Shown here in pieces: positions 24,401 through 37,603 of a stretch of DNA of 64,000 nucleotides (its first letter is position 1; every line of letters starts with the position of its first letter). Where the stretch lies: contig OZ176054.1 in NCBI GenBank assembly GCA_964247055.1, forward strand, positions 5,952,001 through 6,016,000, in the 5' to 3' direction. This DNA is from Paragordius varius (Eukaryota; Animalia; Nematomorpha). The notes under the pieces were generated by a model. That model saw only the letters and a program-made list of their open reading frames with translations. It did not search any database and was not told where the DNA came from. The translations under genes were made by a program, and so were the position numbers.

Positions 24401-27400
24401 GGCTGATTGTTGGAAATAATAATACTAGCAACGGTTAATATTATTTGATTGTTGAAAAGTAATGGTTGATTGTTGGAAATAATAATACTAGCAACGGGTA
24501 ATATTATTTGATTGTTGAAAAGTAATGGTTGATTGTTGGAAATAATAATATTAGCACGGGTAATATTATTTGATTGTTGAAAAGTAATGGTTGATTGTTG
24601 GAAATAATAATACTAGCAACGGTTAATATTATTTGATTGTTGAAAAGTAATGGTTGATTGTTGGAAATAATAATACTAGCAACGGTTAATATTATTTGAT
24701 TGTTGAAAAGTAATGGCTGATTGTTGGAAATAATAATACTAGCAACGGTTAATATTATTGATTGTTGAAAAGTAATGGTTGATGGTTGGAAATAATAATA
24801 TTATAACGTGTAATATTATTTGATTGTTGAAAAGTGATGGTTTATTGTTGGAAATAATAATACTAGCACGGGTAATATTATTTGATTGTTGAAAAGTAAT
24901 GGCTGATTGTTGGAAATAATAATACTAGCAACGGTTAATATTATTTGATTGTTGAAAAGTAATGGTTGATTGTTGGAAATAATAATACTAGCAACGGGTA
25001 ATATTATTTGATTGTTGAAAAGTAATGGTTGATTGTTGGAAATAATAATACTAGCAACGGTTAATATTATTTGATTGTTGAAAAGTAATGGTTGATTGTT
25101 GGAAATAATAATACTAGCAACGGTTAATATTATTTGATTGTTGAAAAGTAATGGCTGATTGTTGGAAATAATAATACTAGCAACGGTTAATATTATTGAT
25201 TGTTGAAAAGTAATGGTTGATGGTTGGAAATAATAATATTATAACGTGTAATATTATTTGATTGTTGAAAAGTGATGGTTTATTGTTGGAAATAATAATA
25301 CTAGCACGGGTAATATTATTTGATTGTTGAAAAGTAATGGTTGATTGTTGGAAATAATAATAGTAGCAACGGTTAATATTATTTGATTGTTGAAAAGTAA
25401 TGGTTGATTGTTGGAAATAATAATACTAGCAACGGGTAATATTATTTGATTGTTGAAAAGTAATGGTTGATTGTTGGAAATAATAATACTAGCAACGGTT
25501 AATATTATTTGATTGTTGAAAAGTAATGGTTGATTGTTGGAAATAATAATACTAGCAACGGTTAATATTATTGATTGTTGAAAAGTAATGGTTGATGGTT
25601 GGAAATAATAATATTATAACGTGTAATATTATTTGATTGTTGAAAAGTGATGGTTTATTGTTGGAAATAATAATACTAGCACGGGTAATATTATTTGATT
25701 GTTGAAAAGTAATGGTTGATTGTTGGAAATAATAATAGTAGCAACGGTTAATATTATTTGATTGTTGAAAAGTAATGGTTGATTGTTGGAAATAATAATA
25801 CTAGCAACGGGTAATATTATTTGATTGTTGAAAAGTAATGGCTGATTGTTGGAAATAATAATACTAGCAACGGTTAATATTATTGATTGTTGAAAAGTAA
25901 TGGTTGATGGTTGGAAATAATAATATTATAACGTGTAATATTATTTGATTGTTGAAAAGTGATGGTTTATTGTTGGAAATAATAATACTAGCAACGGTTA
26001 ATATTATTTGATTGTTGAAAAGTGATGGTTTATTGTTGGAAATAATAATACTAGCAACGGTTAATATTATTTGATTGTTGAAAAGTAATGGTTGATTGTT
26101 GGAAATAATAATAGTAGCAACGGTTAATATTATTTGATTGTTGAAAAGTAATGGTTGATTGTTGGAAATAATAATACTAGCAACGGTTAATATTATTTGA
26201 TTGTTGAAAAGTAATGGTTGATTGTTGGAAATAATAATACTAGCAACGGTTAATATTATTTGATTGTTGAAAAGTAATGGTTGATTGTTGGAAATAATAA
26301 TAGTAGCAACGGGTAATATTATTTGATTGTTGAAAAGTAATGGTTGATTGTTGGAAATAATAATACTAGCAACGGGTAATATTATTTGATTGTTGAAAAG
26401 TAATGGTTGATTGTTGGAAATAATAATACTAGCAACGGGTAATATTATTTGATTGTTGAAAAGTAATGGTTGATTGTTGGAAATAATAATACTAGCAACG
26501 GGTAATATTATTTGATTGTTGAAAAGTAATGGTTGATTGTTGGAAATAATAATAGTAGCAACGGGTAATATTATTTGATTGTTGAAAAGTAATGGTTGAT
26601 TGTTGGAAATAATAATACTAGCAACGGGTAATATTATTTGATTGTTGAAAAGTAATGGCTGATTGTTGGAAATAATAATACTAGCAACGAATAATATTAT
26701 TTGATTGTTGAAAAGTAATGGTTGATTGTTGGAAATAATAATACTAGCAACGGGTAATATTATTTGATTGTTGAAAAGTAATGGTTGATTGTTGGAAATA
26801 ATAATACTAGCAACGGTTAATATTATTTGATTGTTGAAAAGTAATGGCTGATTGTTGGAAATAATAATACTAGCAACGGGTAATATTATTTGATTGTTGA
26901 AAAGTAATGGTTGATTGTTGGAAATAATAATACTAGCAACGGGTAATATTATTTGATTGTTGAAAAGTAATGGTTGATTGTTGGAAATAATAATACTAGC
27001 AACGGGTAATATTATTTGATTGTTGAAAAGTAATGGTTGATTGTTGGAAATAATAATACTAGCAACGGGTAATATTATTTGATTGTTGAAAAGTAATGGT
27101 TGATTGTTGGAAATAATAATAGTAGCAACGGGTAATATTATTTGATTGTTGAAAAGTAATGGTTGATTGTTGGAAATAATAATACTAGCAACGGGTAATA
27201 TTATTTGATTGTTGAAAAGTAATGGTTGATTGTTGGAAATAATAATACTAGCAACGGGTAATATTATTTGATTGTTGAAAAGTAATGGTTGATTGTTGGA
27301 AATAATAATAGTAGCAACGGGTAATATTATTTGATTGTTGAAAAGTAATGGTTGATTGTTGGAAATAATAATACTAGCAACGGGTAATATTATTTGATTG

Positions 27401-30400
27401 TTGAAAAGTAATGGCTGATTGTTGGAAATAATAATACTAGCAACGAATAATATTATTTGATTGTTGAAAAGTAATGGTTGATTGTTGGAAATAATAATAC
27501 TAGCAACGGGTAATATTATTTGATTGTTGAAAAGTAATGGTTGATTGTTGGAAATAATAATACTAGCAACGGGTAATATTATTTGATTGTTGAAAAGTAA
27601 TGGTTGATTGTTGGAAATAATAATACTAGCAACGGGTAATATTATTTGATTGTTGAAAAGTAATGGCTGATTGTTGGAAATAATAATACTAGCAACGAAT
27701 AATATTATTTGATTGTTGAAAAGTAATGGTTGATTGTTGGAAATAATAATACTAGCAACGGGTAATATTATTTGATTGTTGAAAAGTAATGGTTGATTGT
27801 TGGAAATAATAATACTAGCAACGGTTAATATTATTTGATTGTTGAAAAGTAATGGCTGATTGTTGGAAATAATAATACTAGCAACGGGTAATATTATTTG
27901 ATTGTTGAAAAGTAATGGTTGATTGTTGGAAATAATAATACTAGCAACGGGTAATATTATTTGATTGTTGAAAAGTAATGGTTGATTGTTGGAAATAATA
28001 ATACTAGCAACGGGTAATATTATTTGATTGTTGAAAAGTAATGGTTGATTGTTGGAAATAATAATACTAGCAACGGGTAATATTATTTGATTGTTGAAAA
28101 GTAATGGTTGATTGTTGGAAATAATAATACTAGCAACGGGTAATATTATTTGATTGTTGAAAAGTAATGGCTGATTGTTGGAAATAATAATACTAGCAAC
28201 GGGTAATATTATTTGATTGTTGAAAAGTAATGGTTGATTGTTGGAAATAATAATACTAGCAACGGGTAATATTATTTGATTGTTGAAAAGTAATGGTTGA
28301 TTGTTGGAAATAATAATACTAGCAACGGGTAATATTATTTGATTGTTGAAAAGTAATGGTTGATTGTTGGAAATAATAATACTAGCAACGGGTAATATTA
28401 TTTGATTGTTGAAAAGTAATGGCTGATTGTTGGAAATAATAATACTAGCAACGGGTAATATTATTTGATTGTTGAAAAGTAATGGTTGATTGTTGGAAAT
28501 AATAATACTAGCAACGGGTAATATTATTTGATTGTTGAAAAGTAATGGTTGATTGTTGGAAATAATAATACTAGCAACGGGTAATATTATTTGATTGTTG
28601 AAAAGTAATGGTTGATTGTTGGAAATAATAATAGTAGCAACGGGTAATATTATTTGATTGTTGAAAAGTAATGGTTGATTGTTGGAAATAATAATACTAG
28701 CAACGGGTAATATTATTTGATTGTTGAAAAGTAATGGCTGATTGTTGGAAATAATAATAGTAGCAACGGGTAATATTATTTGATTGTTGAAAAGTAATGG
28801 TTGATGGTTGGAAATAATAATATTATAACGTGTAATATTATTTGATTGTTGAAAAGTAATGGTTGATGGTTGGAAATAATAATATTATAACGTGTAATAT
28901 TATTTGATTGTTGAAAAGTAATGGTTGATTGTTGGAAATAATAATAATAGCAACGGTTAATATTATTTGATGAAAAGTGATGGTTGATTGTTGGAAATAA
29001 TAATAATAGCAACGGTTAATATTATTTGATGAAAAGTGATGGTTGATTGTTGGAAATAATAATACTAGCACGGGTAATATTATTTTATTGTCAAACAGTA
29101 ATGGTTGATTAAATAATAATACTAGCAACGGGTAATATTATTTGATTGTTGAAAAGTAATGGTTGATTGTTGGAAATAATAATACTAGCACGGGTAATAT
29201 TATTTGATTGTTGAAAAGTAATGGCTGATTGTTGGAAATAATAATACTAGCACGGGTAATATTATTTTATTGTCAAACAGTAATGGTTGATTAAATAATA
29301 ATACTAGCAACGGGTAATATTATTTGATTGTTGAAAAGTAATGGTTGATTGTTGGAAATAATAATAGTAGCAACGGGTAATATTATTTGATTGTTGAAAA
29401 GTAATGGTTGATTGTTGGAAATAATAATACTAGCAACGGGTAATATTATTTGATTGTTGAAAAGTAATGGTTGATTGTTGGAAATAATAATAGTAGCAAC
29501 GGGTAATATTATTTGATTGTTGAAAAGTAATGGCTGATTGTTGGAAATAATAATACTAGCACGGGTAATATTATTTTATTGTCAAACAGTAATGGTTGAT
29601 TAAATAATAATACTAGCAACGGGTAATATTATTTGATTGTTGAAAAGTAATGGTTGATTGTTGGAAATAATAATACTAGCAACGGGTAATATTATTTGAT
29701 TGTTGAAAAGTAATGGTTGATTGTTGGAAATAATAATACTAGCAACGGGTAATATTATTTGATTGTTGAAAAGTAATGGTTGATTGTTGGAAATAATAAT
29801 ACTAGCAACGGGTAATATTATTTGATTGTTGAAAAGTAATGGCTGATTGTTGGAAATAATAATACTAGCAACGGGTAATATTATTTGATTGTTGAAAAGT
29901 AATGGTTGATTGTTGGAAATAATAATACTAGCAACGGGTAATATTATTTGATTGTTGAAAAGTAATGGTTGATTGTTGGAAATAATAATACTAGCAACGG
30001 GTAATATTATTTGATTGTTGAAAAGTAATGGTTGATTGTTGGAAATAATAATAGTAGCAACGGGTAATATTATTTGATTGTTGAAAAGTAATGGTTGATT
30101 GTTGGAAATAATAATACTAGCAACGGGTAATATTATTTGATTGTTGAAAAGTAATGGTTGATTGTTGGAAATAATAATACTAGCAACGGGTAATATTATT
30201 TGATTGTTGAAAAGTAATGGCTGATTGTTGGAAATAATAATAGTAGCAACGGGTAATATTATTTGATTGTTGAAAAGTAATGGTTGATGGTTGGAAATAA
30301 TAATATTATAACGTGTAATATTATTTGATTGTTGAAAAGTAATGGTTGATTGTTGGAAATAATAATAATAGCAACGGTTAATATTATTTGATGAAAAGTG

Positions 30401-33400
30401 ATGGTTGATTGTTGGAAATAATAATAATAGCAACGGTTAATATTATTTGATGAAAAGTGATGGTTGATTGTTGGAAATAATAATACTAGCACGGGTAATA
30501 TTATTTTATTGTCAAACAGTAATGGTTGATTAAATAATAATACTAGCAACGGGTAATATTATTTGATTGTTGAAAAGTAATGGTTGATTGTTGGAAATAA
30601 TAATACTAGCACGGGTAATATTATTTGATTGTTGAAAAGTAATGGCTGATTGTTGGAAATAATAATACTAGCACGGGTAATATTATTTTATTGTCAAACA
30701 GTAATGGTTGATTAAATAATAATACTAGCAACGGGTAATATTATTTGATTGTTGAAAAGTAATGGTTGATTGTTGGAAATAATAATAGTAGCAACGGGTA
30801 ATATTATTTGATTGTTGAAAAGTAATGGTTGATTGTTGGAAATAATAATACTAGCAACGGGTAATATTATTTGATTGTTGAAAAGTAATGGTTGATTGTT
30901 GGAAATAATAATAGTAGCAACGGGTAATATTATTTGATTGTTGAAAAGTAATGGCTGATTGTTGGAAATAATAATACTAGCACGGGTAATATTATTTTAT
31001 TGTCAAACAGTAATGGTTGATTAAATAATAATACTAGCAACGGGTAATATTATTTGATTGTTGAAAAGTAATGGTTGATTGTTGGAAATAATAATACTAG
31101 CAACGGGTAATATTATTTGATTGTTGAAAAGTAATGGTTGATTGTTGGAAATAATAATACTAGCAACGGGTAATATTATTTGATTGTTGAAAAGTAATGG
31201 TTGATTGTTGGAAATAATAATACTAGCAACGGGTAATATTATTTGATTGTTGAAAAGTAATGGTTGATTGTTGGAAATAATAATAGTAGCAACGGGTAAT
31301 ATTATTTGATTGTTGAAAAGTAATGGCTGATTGTTGGAAATAATAATACTAGCACGGGTAATATTATTTGATTGTCAAACAGTAATGGTTGATTGTTGGA
31401 AATAATAGTATTAGCAACGGTTAATATTATTTGATTGTTGAAAAGTAATGGCTGATTGTTGGAAATAATAATACTAGCACGGGTAATATTATTTGATTGT
31501 CAAACAGTAATGGTTGATGGTTGGAAATAATAATACTAGCACGGGTAATATTATTTGATTGTTGAAAAGTAATGGCTGATTGTTGGAAATAATAATACTA
31601 GCACGGGTAATATTATTTGATTGTCAAACAGTAATGGTTGATGGTTGGAAATAATAATATTAGCAACGGTTAATATTATTTGATTGTTGAAAAGTAATGG
31701 TTGATTGTTGGAAATAATAATATTAGCAACGGTTAATATTATTTGATTGTTGAAAAGTAATGGCTGATTGTTGGAAATAATAATACTAGCACGGGTAATA
31801 TTATTTGATTGTCAAACAGTAATGGTTGATGGTTGGAAATAATAATACTAGCACGGGTAATATTATTTGATTGTTGAAAAGTAATGGCTGATTGTTGGAA
31901 ATAATAATACTAGCACGGGTAATATTATTTGATTGTCAAACAGTAATGGTTGATGGTTGGAAATAATAATACTAGCACGGGTAATATTATTTGATTGTTG
32001 AAAAGTAATGGCTGATTGTTGGAAATAATAATACTAGCACGGGTAATATTATTTGATTGTCAAACAGTAATGGTTGATGGTTGGAAATAATAATATTAGC
32101 AACGGTTAATATTATTTGATTGTTGAAAAGTAATGGTTGATTGTTGGAAATAATAATACTAGCAACGGTTAATATTATTTGATTTTTGAAAAGTAATGGT
32201 TGATGGTTGGAAATAAAAAATATTATAACGTGTAATATTATTTGATTGTTGAAAAGTGATGGTTTATTGTTGGAAATAATAATACTAGCACGGGTAATAT
32301 TATTTGATTGTCAAACAGTAATGGTTGATGGTTGGAAATAATAATACTAGCACGGGTAATATTATTTGATTGTTGGAAAGTAATGGTTGATTGTTGGAAA
32401 TAATAATAGTAGCAACGGGTAATATTATTTGATTGTTGAAAAGTAATGGTTGATTGTTGGAAATAATAATATTAGCAACGGTTAATATTATTTGATTGTT
32501 GAAAAGTAATGGTTGATTGTTGGAAATAATAATATTAGCAACGGTTAATATTATTTGATTGTTGAAAAGTAATGGTTGATTGTTGGAAATAATAATAGTA
32601 GCAACGGGTAATATTATTTTATTGTTGAAAAGTAATGGTTGATTGTTGGAAATAATAATATTAGCACGGGTAATATTATTTGATTGTTGAAAAGTAATGG
32701 TTGATTGTTGGAAATAATAATAGTAGCAACGGGTAATATTATTTTATTGTTGAAAAGTAATGGTTGATTGTTGGAAATAATAATACTAGCACGGGTAATA
32801 TTATTTGATTGTTGAAAGGTAATGGTTGATTGTTGGAAATAATAATATTAGCAACGGGTAATATTATTTTATTGTTGAAAAGTAATGGTTGATTGTTGGA
32901 AATAATAATACTAGCAACGGGTTATATTATTTTATTGTTGAAAATTAATGGTTGATTGTTGGAAATAATAATATTAGCAACGGGTAATATTATTTTATTG
33001 TTGAAAAGTAATGGTTGATTGTTGGAAATAATAATACTAGCAACGGGTTATATTATTTTATTGTTGAAAATTAATGGTTGATTGTTGGAAATAATAATAT
33101 TAGCAACGGGTAATATTATTTTATTGTTGAAAAGTAATGGTTGATTGTTGGAAATAATAATACTAGCACGGGTAATATTATTTGATTGTTGAAAAGTAAT
33201 GGTTGATTGTTGGAAATAATAATATTAGCAACGGGTAATATTATTTGATTGTTGAAAGGTAATGGTTGATTGTTGGAAATAATAATATTAGCAACGGGTA
33301 ATATTATTTGATTGTTGAAAAGTAATGGTTGATTGTTGGAAATAATAATAGTAGCACGGGTAATATTATTTGATTGTTGAAAAGTAATGGTTTATTGTTG

Positions 33401-35586
33401 GAAATAATAATACTAGCACGGATAATATTATTTGATTATTGAAAAGTAATGGTTGATTGTTGGAAATAATAATAGTAGCAACGGTTAATATTATTTGATT
33501 GTTGAAAAGTAATGGTTTATTGTTGGAAATAATAATACTAGCAACGGTTAATATTATTTGATTGTTGAAAAGTAATGGTTGATGGTTGGAAATAATAATA
33601 TTATAACGTGTAATATTATTTGATTGTTGAAAAGTGATGGTTTATTGTTGGAAATAATAATACTAGCACGGGTAATATTATTTGATTGTTGAAAAGTAAT
33701 GGTTGATTGTTGGAAATAATAATATTAGCAACGGGTAATATTATTTGATTGTTGAAAAGTAATGGTTGATTGTTGGAAATAATAATATTAGCAACGGTTA
33801 ATATTATTTGATGAAAAGTGATGGTTGATTGTTGGAAATAATAATAGTAGCAACGGGTAATATTATTTGATTGTTGAAAAGTAATGGTTGATTGTTGGAA
33901 ATAATAATAGTAGCAACGGGTAATATTATTTGATTGTTGAAAAGTAATGGTTGATTGTTGGAAATAATAATACTAGCAACGGGTAATATTATTTGATTGT
34001 TGAAAAGTAATGGTTGATTGTTGGAAATAATAATAGTAGCAACGGGTAATATTATTTGATTGTTGAAAAGTAATGGCTGATTGTTGGAAATAATAATACT
34101 AGCACGGGTAATATTATTTTATTGTCAAACAGTAATGGTTGATTAAATAATAATACTAGCAACGGGTAATATTATTTGATTGTTGAAAAGTAATGGTTGA
34201 TTGTTGGAAATAATAATACTAGCACGGGTAATATTATTTGATTGTCAAACAGTAATGGTTGATTGTTGGAAATAATAATATTAGCAACGGTTAATATTAT
34301 TTGATTGTTGAAAAGTAATGGCTGATTGTTGGAAATAATAATACTAGCAACGGGTAATATTATTTGATTGTTGAAAAGTAATGGTTGATTGTTGGAAATA
34401 ATAATAGTAGCAACGGGTAATATTATTTGATTGTTGAAAAGTAATGGCTGATTGTTGGAAATAATAATACTAGCACGGGTAATATTATTTTATTGTCAAA
34501 CAGTAATGGTTGATTAAATAATAATACTAGCAACGGGTAATATTATTTGATTGTTGAAAAGTAATGGTTGATTGTTGGAAATAATAATACTAGCACGGGT
34601 AATATTATTTGATTGTCAAACAGTAATGGTTGATTGTTGGAAATAATAATACTAGCAACGGTTAATATTATTTGATTGTTGAAAAGTAATGGTTGATTGT
34701 TGGAAATAATAATACTAGCAACGGGTTATATTATTTTATTGTTGAAAATTAATGGTTGATTGTTGGAAATAATAATAGTAGCAACGGGTAATATTATTTG
34801 ATTGTTGAAAAGTAATGGTTGATTGTTGGAAATAATAATATTAGCAACGGTTAATATTATTTGATTGTTGAAAAGTAATGGTTGATTGTTGGAAATAATA
34901 ATATTAGCAACGGTTAATATTATTTGATTGTTGAAAAGTAATGGTTGATTGTTGGAAATAATAATAGTAGCAACGGGTAATATTATTTTATTGTTGAAAA
35001 GTAATGGTTGATTGTTGGAAATAATAATATTAGCACGGGTAATATTATTTGATTGTTGAAAAGTAATGGTTGATTGTTGGAAATAATAATAGTAGCAACG
35101 GGTAATATTATTTTATTGTTGAAAAGTAATGGTTGATTGTTGGAAATAATAATACTAGCAACGGGTTATATTATTTTATTGTTGAAAATTAATGGTTGAT
35201 TGTTGGAAATAATAATATTAGCAACGGGTAATATTATTTTATTGTTGAAAAGTAATGGTTGATTGTTGGAAATAATAATACTAGCACGGGTAATATTATT
35301 TGATTGTTGAAAAGTAATGGTTGATTGTTGGAAATAATAATATTAGCAACGGGTAATATTATTTGATTGTTGAAAGGTAATGGTTGATTGTTGGAAATAA
35401 TAATATTAGCAACGGGTAATATTATTTGATTGTTGAAAAGTAATGGTTGATTGTTGGAAATAATAATAGTAGCACGGGTAATATTATTTGATTGTTGAAA
35501 AGTGATGGTTGATTGTTGGAAATAATAATACTAGCCCGGGTAATAATATTTGATTGTTGGAAAGTGATGGTTGATTGTTGGTAATA

Positions 35587-37600
35587 TTTTGAATGATTTT
35601 TTTTATATTTCGGTTCAATAGGAGTATCCAACTACCCCAATTTAAATCAAACTGAAATGAATCTCTAGTTTTCAAATGTTGAAAAAGATTTTGCTTTATT
35701 AACAAGTAAACACGCTATTTTGTAAAAATGTTGTGAAATAAAAGTGACGTCGAAGTAGTTTGATATGTATTTTTTTTTGAAAAAATTTTATTTTGATAAT
35801 TTGGCTTATTTATATAATTTTTAATAGGATAGAAGCTTAAATTTAAATTGAGACCTTTTCTAAGTTTTTTCTTAAAATATCGATTAAAACTAGAATATTT
35901 AGATACTCTAATTCGAATCGATGTTTAAATGAAAATACTTTAAACTAGCCTTTTATATTAACACTTTAACTCAAAATGCAGCATCTAAACACCCCAGATT
36001 TATATATGAAGTGACATTTTTAAAAAAACTTTTGAAAGAAACGGTATTTTAATTTATGTTTATAAATCTATATAAAAATAATATGAATATGATGAAATAT
36101 TTTAATAAAAATAAGTTAAAAAATGTTCGATCTCAAACTACTTTGACTCTATTTTTTACAACAATTTTGCAAAACATCGTGTTTATTTAACACTTGGATA
36201 CAACACATTCATTTCGGTCCTTCGATTTAAATTGGGGTACTAGGATACCCCAGACCTTTTTAAAATTAAAATCTTAAAAAATATGGAAGGAATCGAAACC
36301 ATCGCAAAATTTTGCATTTATATAACATTCATAAACCGAAATATATAAAAAATTTTGAATTGATATTAATTTATTTTAAGCTAAAACCGAAAGGTAAAAC
36401 TTTAAGAAACGTGACATGTGTGCAATGGTAAAATTGAAAAATAATACAAAATAAACGGCCTTTTCTATTTATATGAATAATAGATGTAATTTAAATAAAA
36501 AATTAGCTTTCATTTTACCCTTAACACTTCAATTTAAATTGGAGAATCTAAATACCCCAAACAATTTTTAAGTTGAAATTTTTAAAAAACTACTAAAAGA
36601 AACGGTTCCAATTTAAATTTATGCTTTTATCCTAAAGAAAATTATATAAATATACCAAAAAATCTAAATAAATTTAGTTTTGGAAAAAAAAGTTCCGCAT
36701 CAAACTACTTAAACGCCATTTTTATTACAACCCGCAAAATATCATGTTTATTGGATTCTAAGCCTGAAATTAAGTTTATTATTTTATGAAAATTCTATTT
36801 AACATTAAATTTAACAGAAAAGTTGTATATTTTTCGTTATTTATATATTTAGCTTATGCACTCATGTCATGTTGGCTAAATTTTACCTTTGTGTTGTACC
36901 TCTGAATAAGTTTCATCAAATATTTTTGAAAATTTTTATTATTATGTTTCGGTTCAGTAATGTTATATAAGTGCAAACTTTTGCAATGGTTTCAATTTAC
37001 TCCATATTTTAAAAAATATTTAATTTTAAACAAGTCTGGGCTGGCTAACTACTTCAATTCGAATCGAATGACTGAAACGAATGGGCTGTATACAAGTGTT
37101 AAAAGTAAATGAAAACAAAATTTTTAAAATTTTGTAAAATAAAAATGACGTCGAAGTAGTTTGACATGGATCTTTTTTTTCAAAACGAAATTTTATCTAG
37201 ATATTTTGGCTTTCTATGATTCCTATTAGAATAGAAATACAAATTAAAATTGGGACAGTTTCCTTCAGTAGTTTTTTTATAAATATTAATTTAAATTTAG
37301 TCCAGGTTTAGATACCCCAGTTTAAATCGAAGTAATAAATCACATCCTTGCTAGACAGAAAATAAATTTATTTTCAAATTCAGCTAATGTTATGTCACGC
37401 TGACTATATTTTAACCTTTGCGTTTACCTTAAAATATATTATCAGGTATTTAAATGAATTTTTTATATTTCGGTTCATAATTATATAAGTGTAAACTTTT
37501 GACATGGTTTTATCCATTTTATATTGAGATATTTAATTTCAGACAGGCCGGGTATCCATCGACCCCAATTTGAATGAAAGGACTGAAATGTATTGTCTCC
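35587..37600. mobile_element. Cluster of TTAA-flanked (piggyBac-like) MITE copies in both orientations, including a copy nested in a copy
   Basis: Termini TTAACACTT...AAGTGTTAA. An intact forward copy at 36521-37102 interrupts a reverse copy that begins at 36187 and resumes at about 37103-37335. Further partial copies lie at 35590-36180 and 37400-37600. Confidence 0.75.
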
Positions 37601-37603
37601 ATA

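Larger units (their letters stand above)
4933..35586. repeat. Satellite array of 62-63 bp monomers, roughly 410 copies, in variant-defined sub-domains
   Basis: Consensus GATTGTTGAAAAGTAATGGTT GATTGTTGGAAATAATAATAC TAGCAACGGGTAATATTATTT. The 63-bp period is read directly (aacgggt at 27001 and 27064). Interrupted by a MITE (5077-6391) and an RTE (12163-15481). Edge monomers are more diverged. Confidence 0.98.

Noticed and set aside
28776-30549. Minus-strand ORFs such as (IIISNNQPLLFNNQIILPVAS)n, and similar ORFs at 6330 and 35422-35705
   Set aside because: By-product of a 63-bp (3n) monomer lacking stops in one frame. They break wherever 62-bp variants occur.
6400-35586. CRISPR-like array associated with a reverse transcriptase
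   Set aside because: There are no unique spacers; monomers are head-to-tail with point variants only. The RT is a eukaryotic RTE LINE with TSD and tail, and no cas genes are present.
4933-35586. Satellite as a telomeric repeat because of its GT-rich strand
   Set aside because: It is interstitial with genes on both sides and has no (TTAGG)n or (TTAGGG)n runs.
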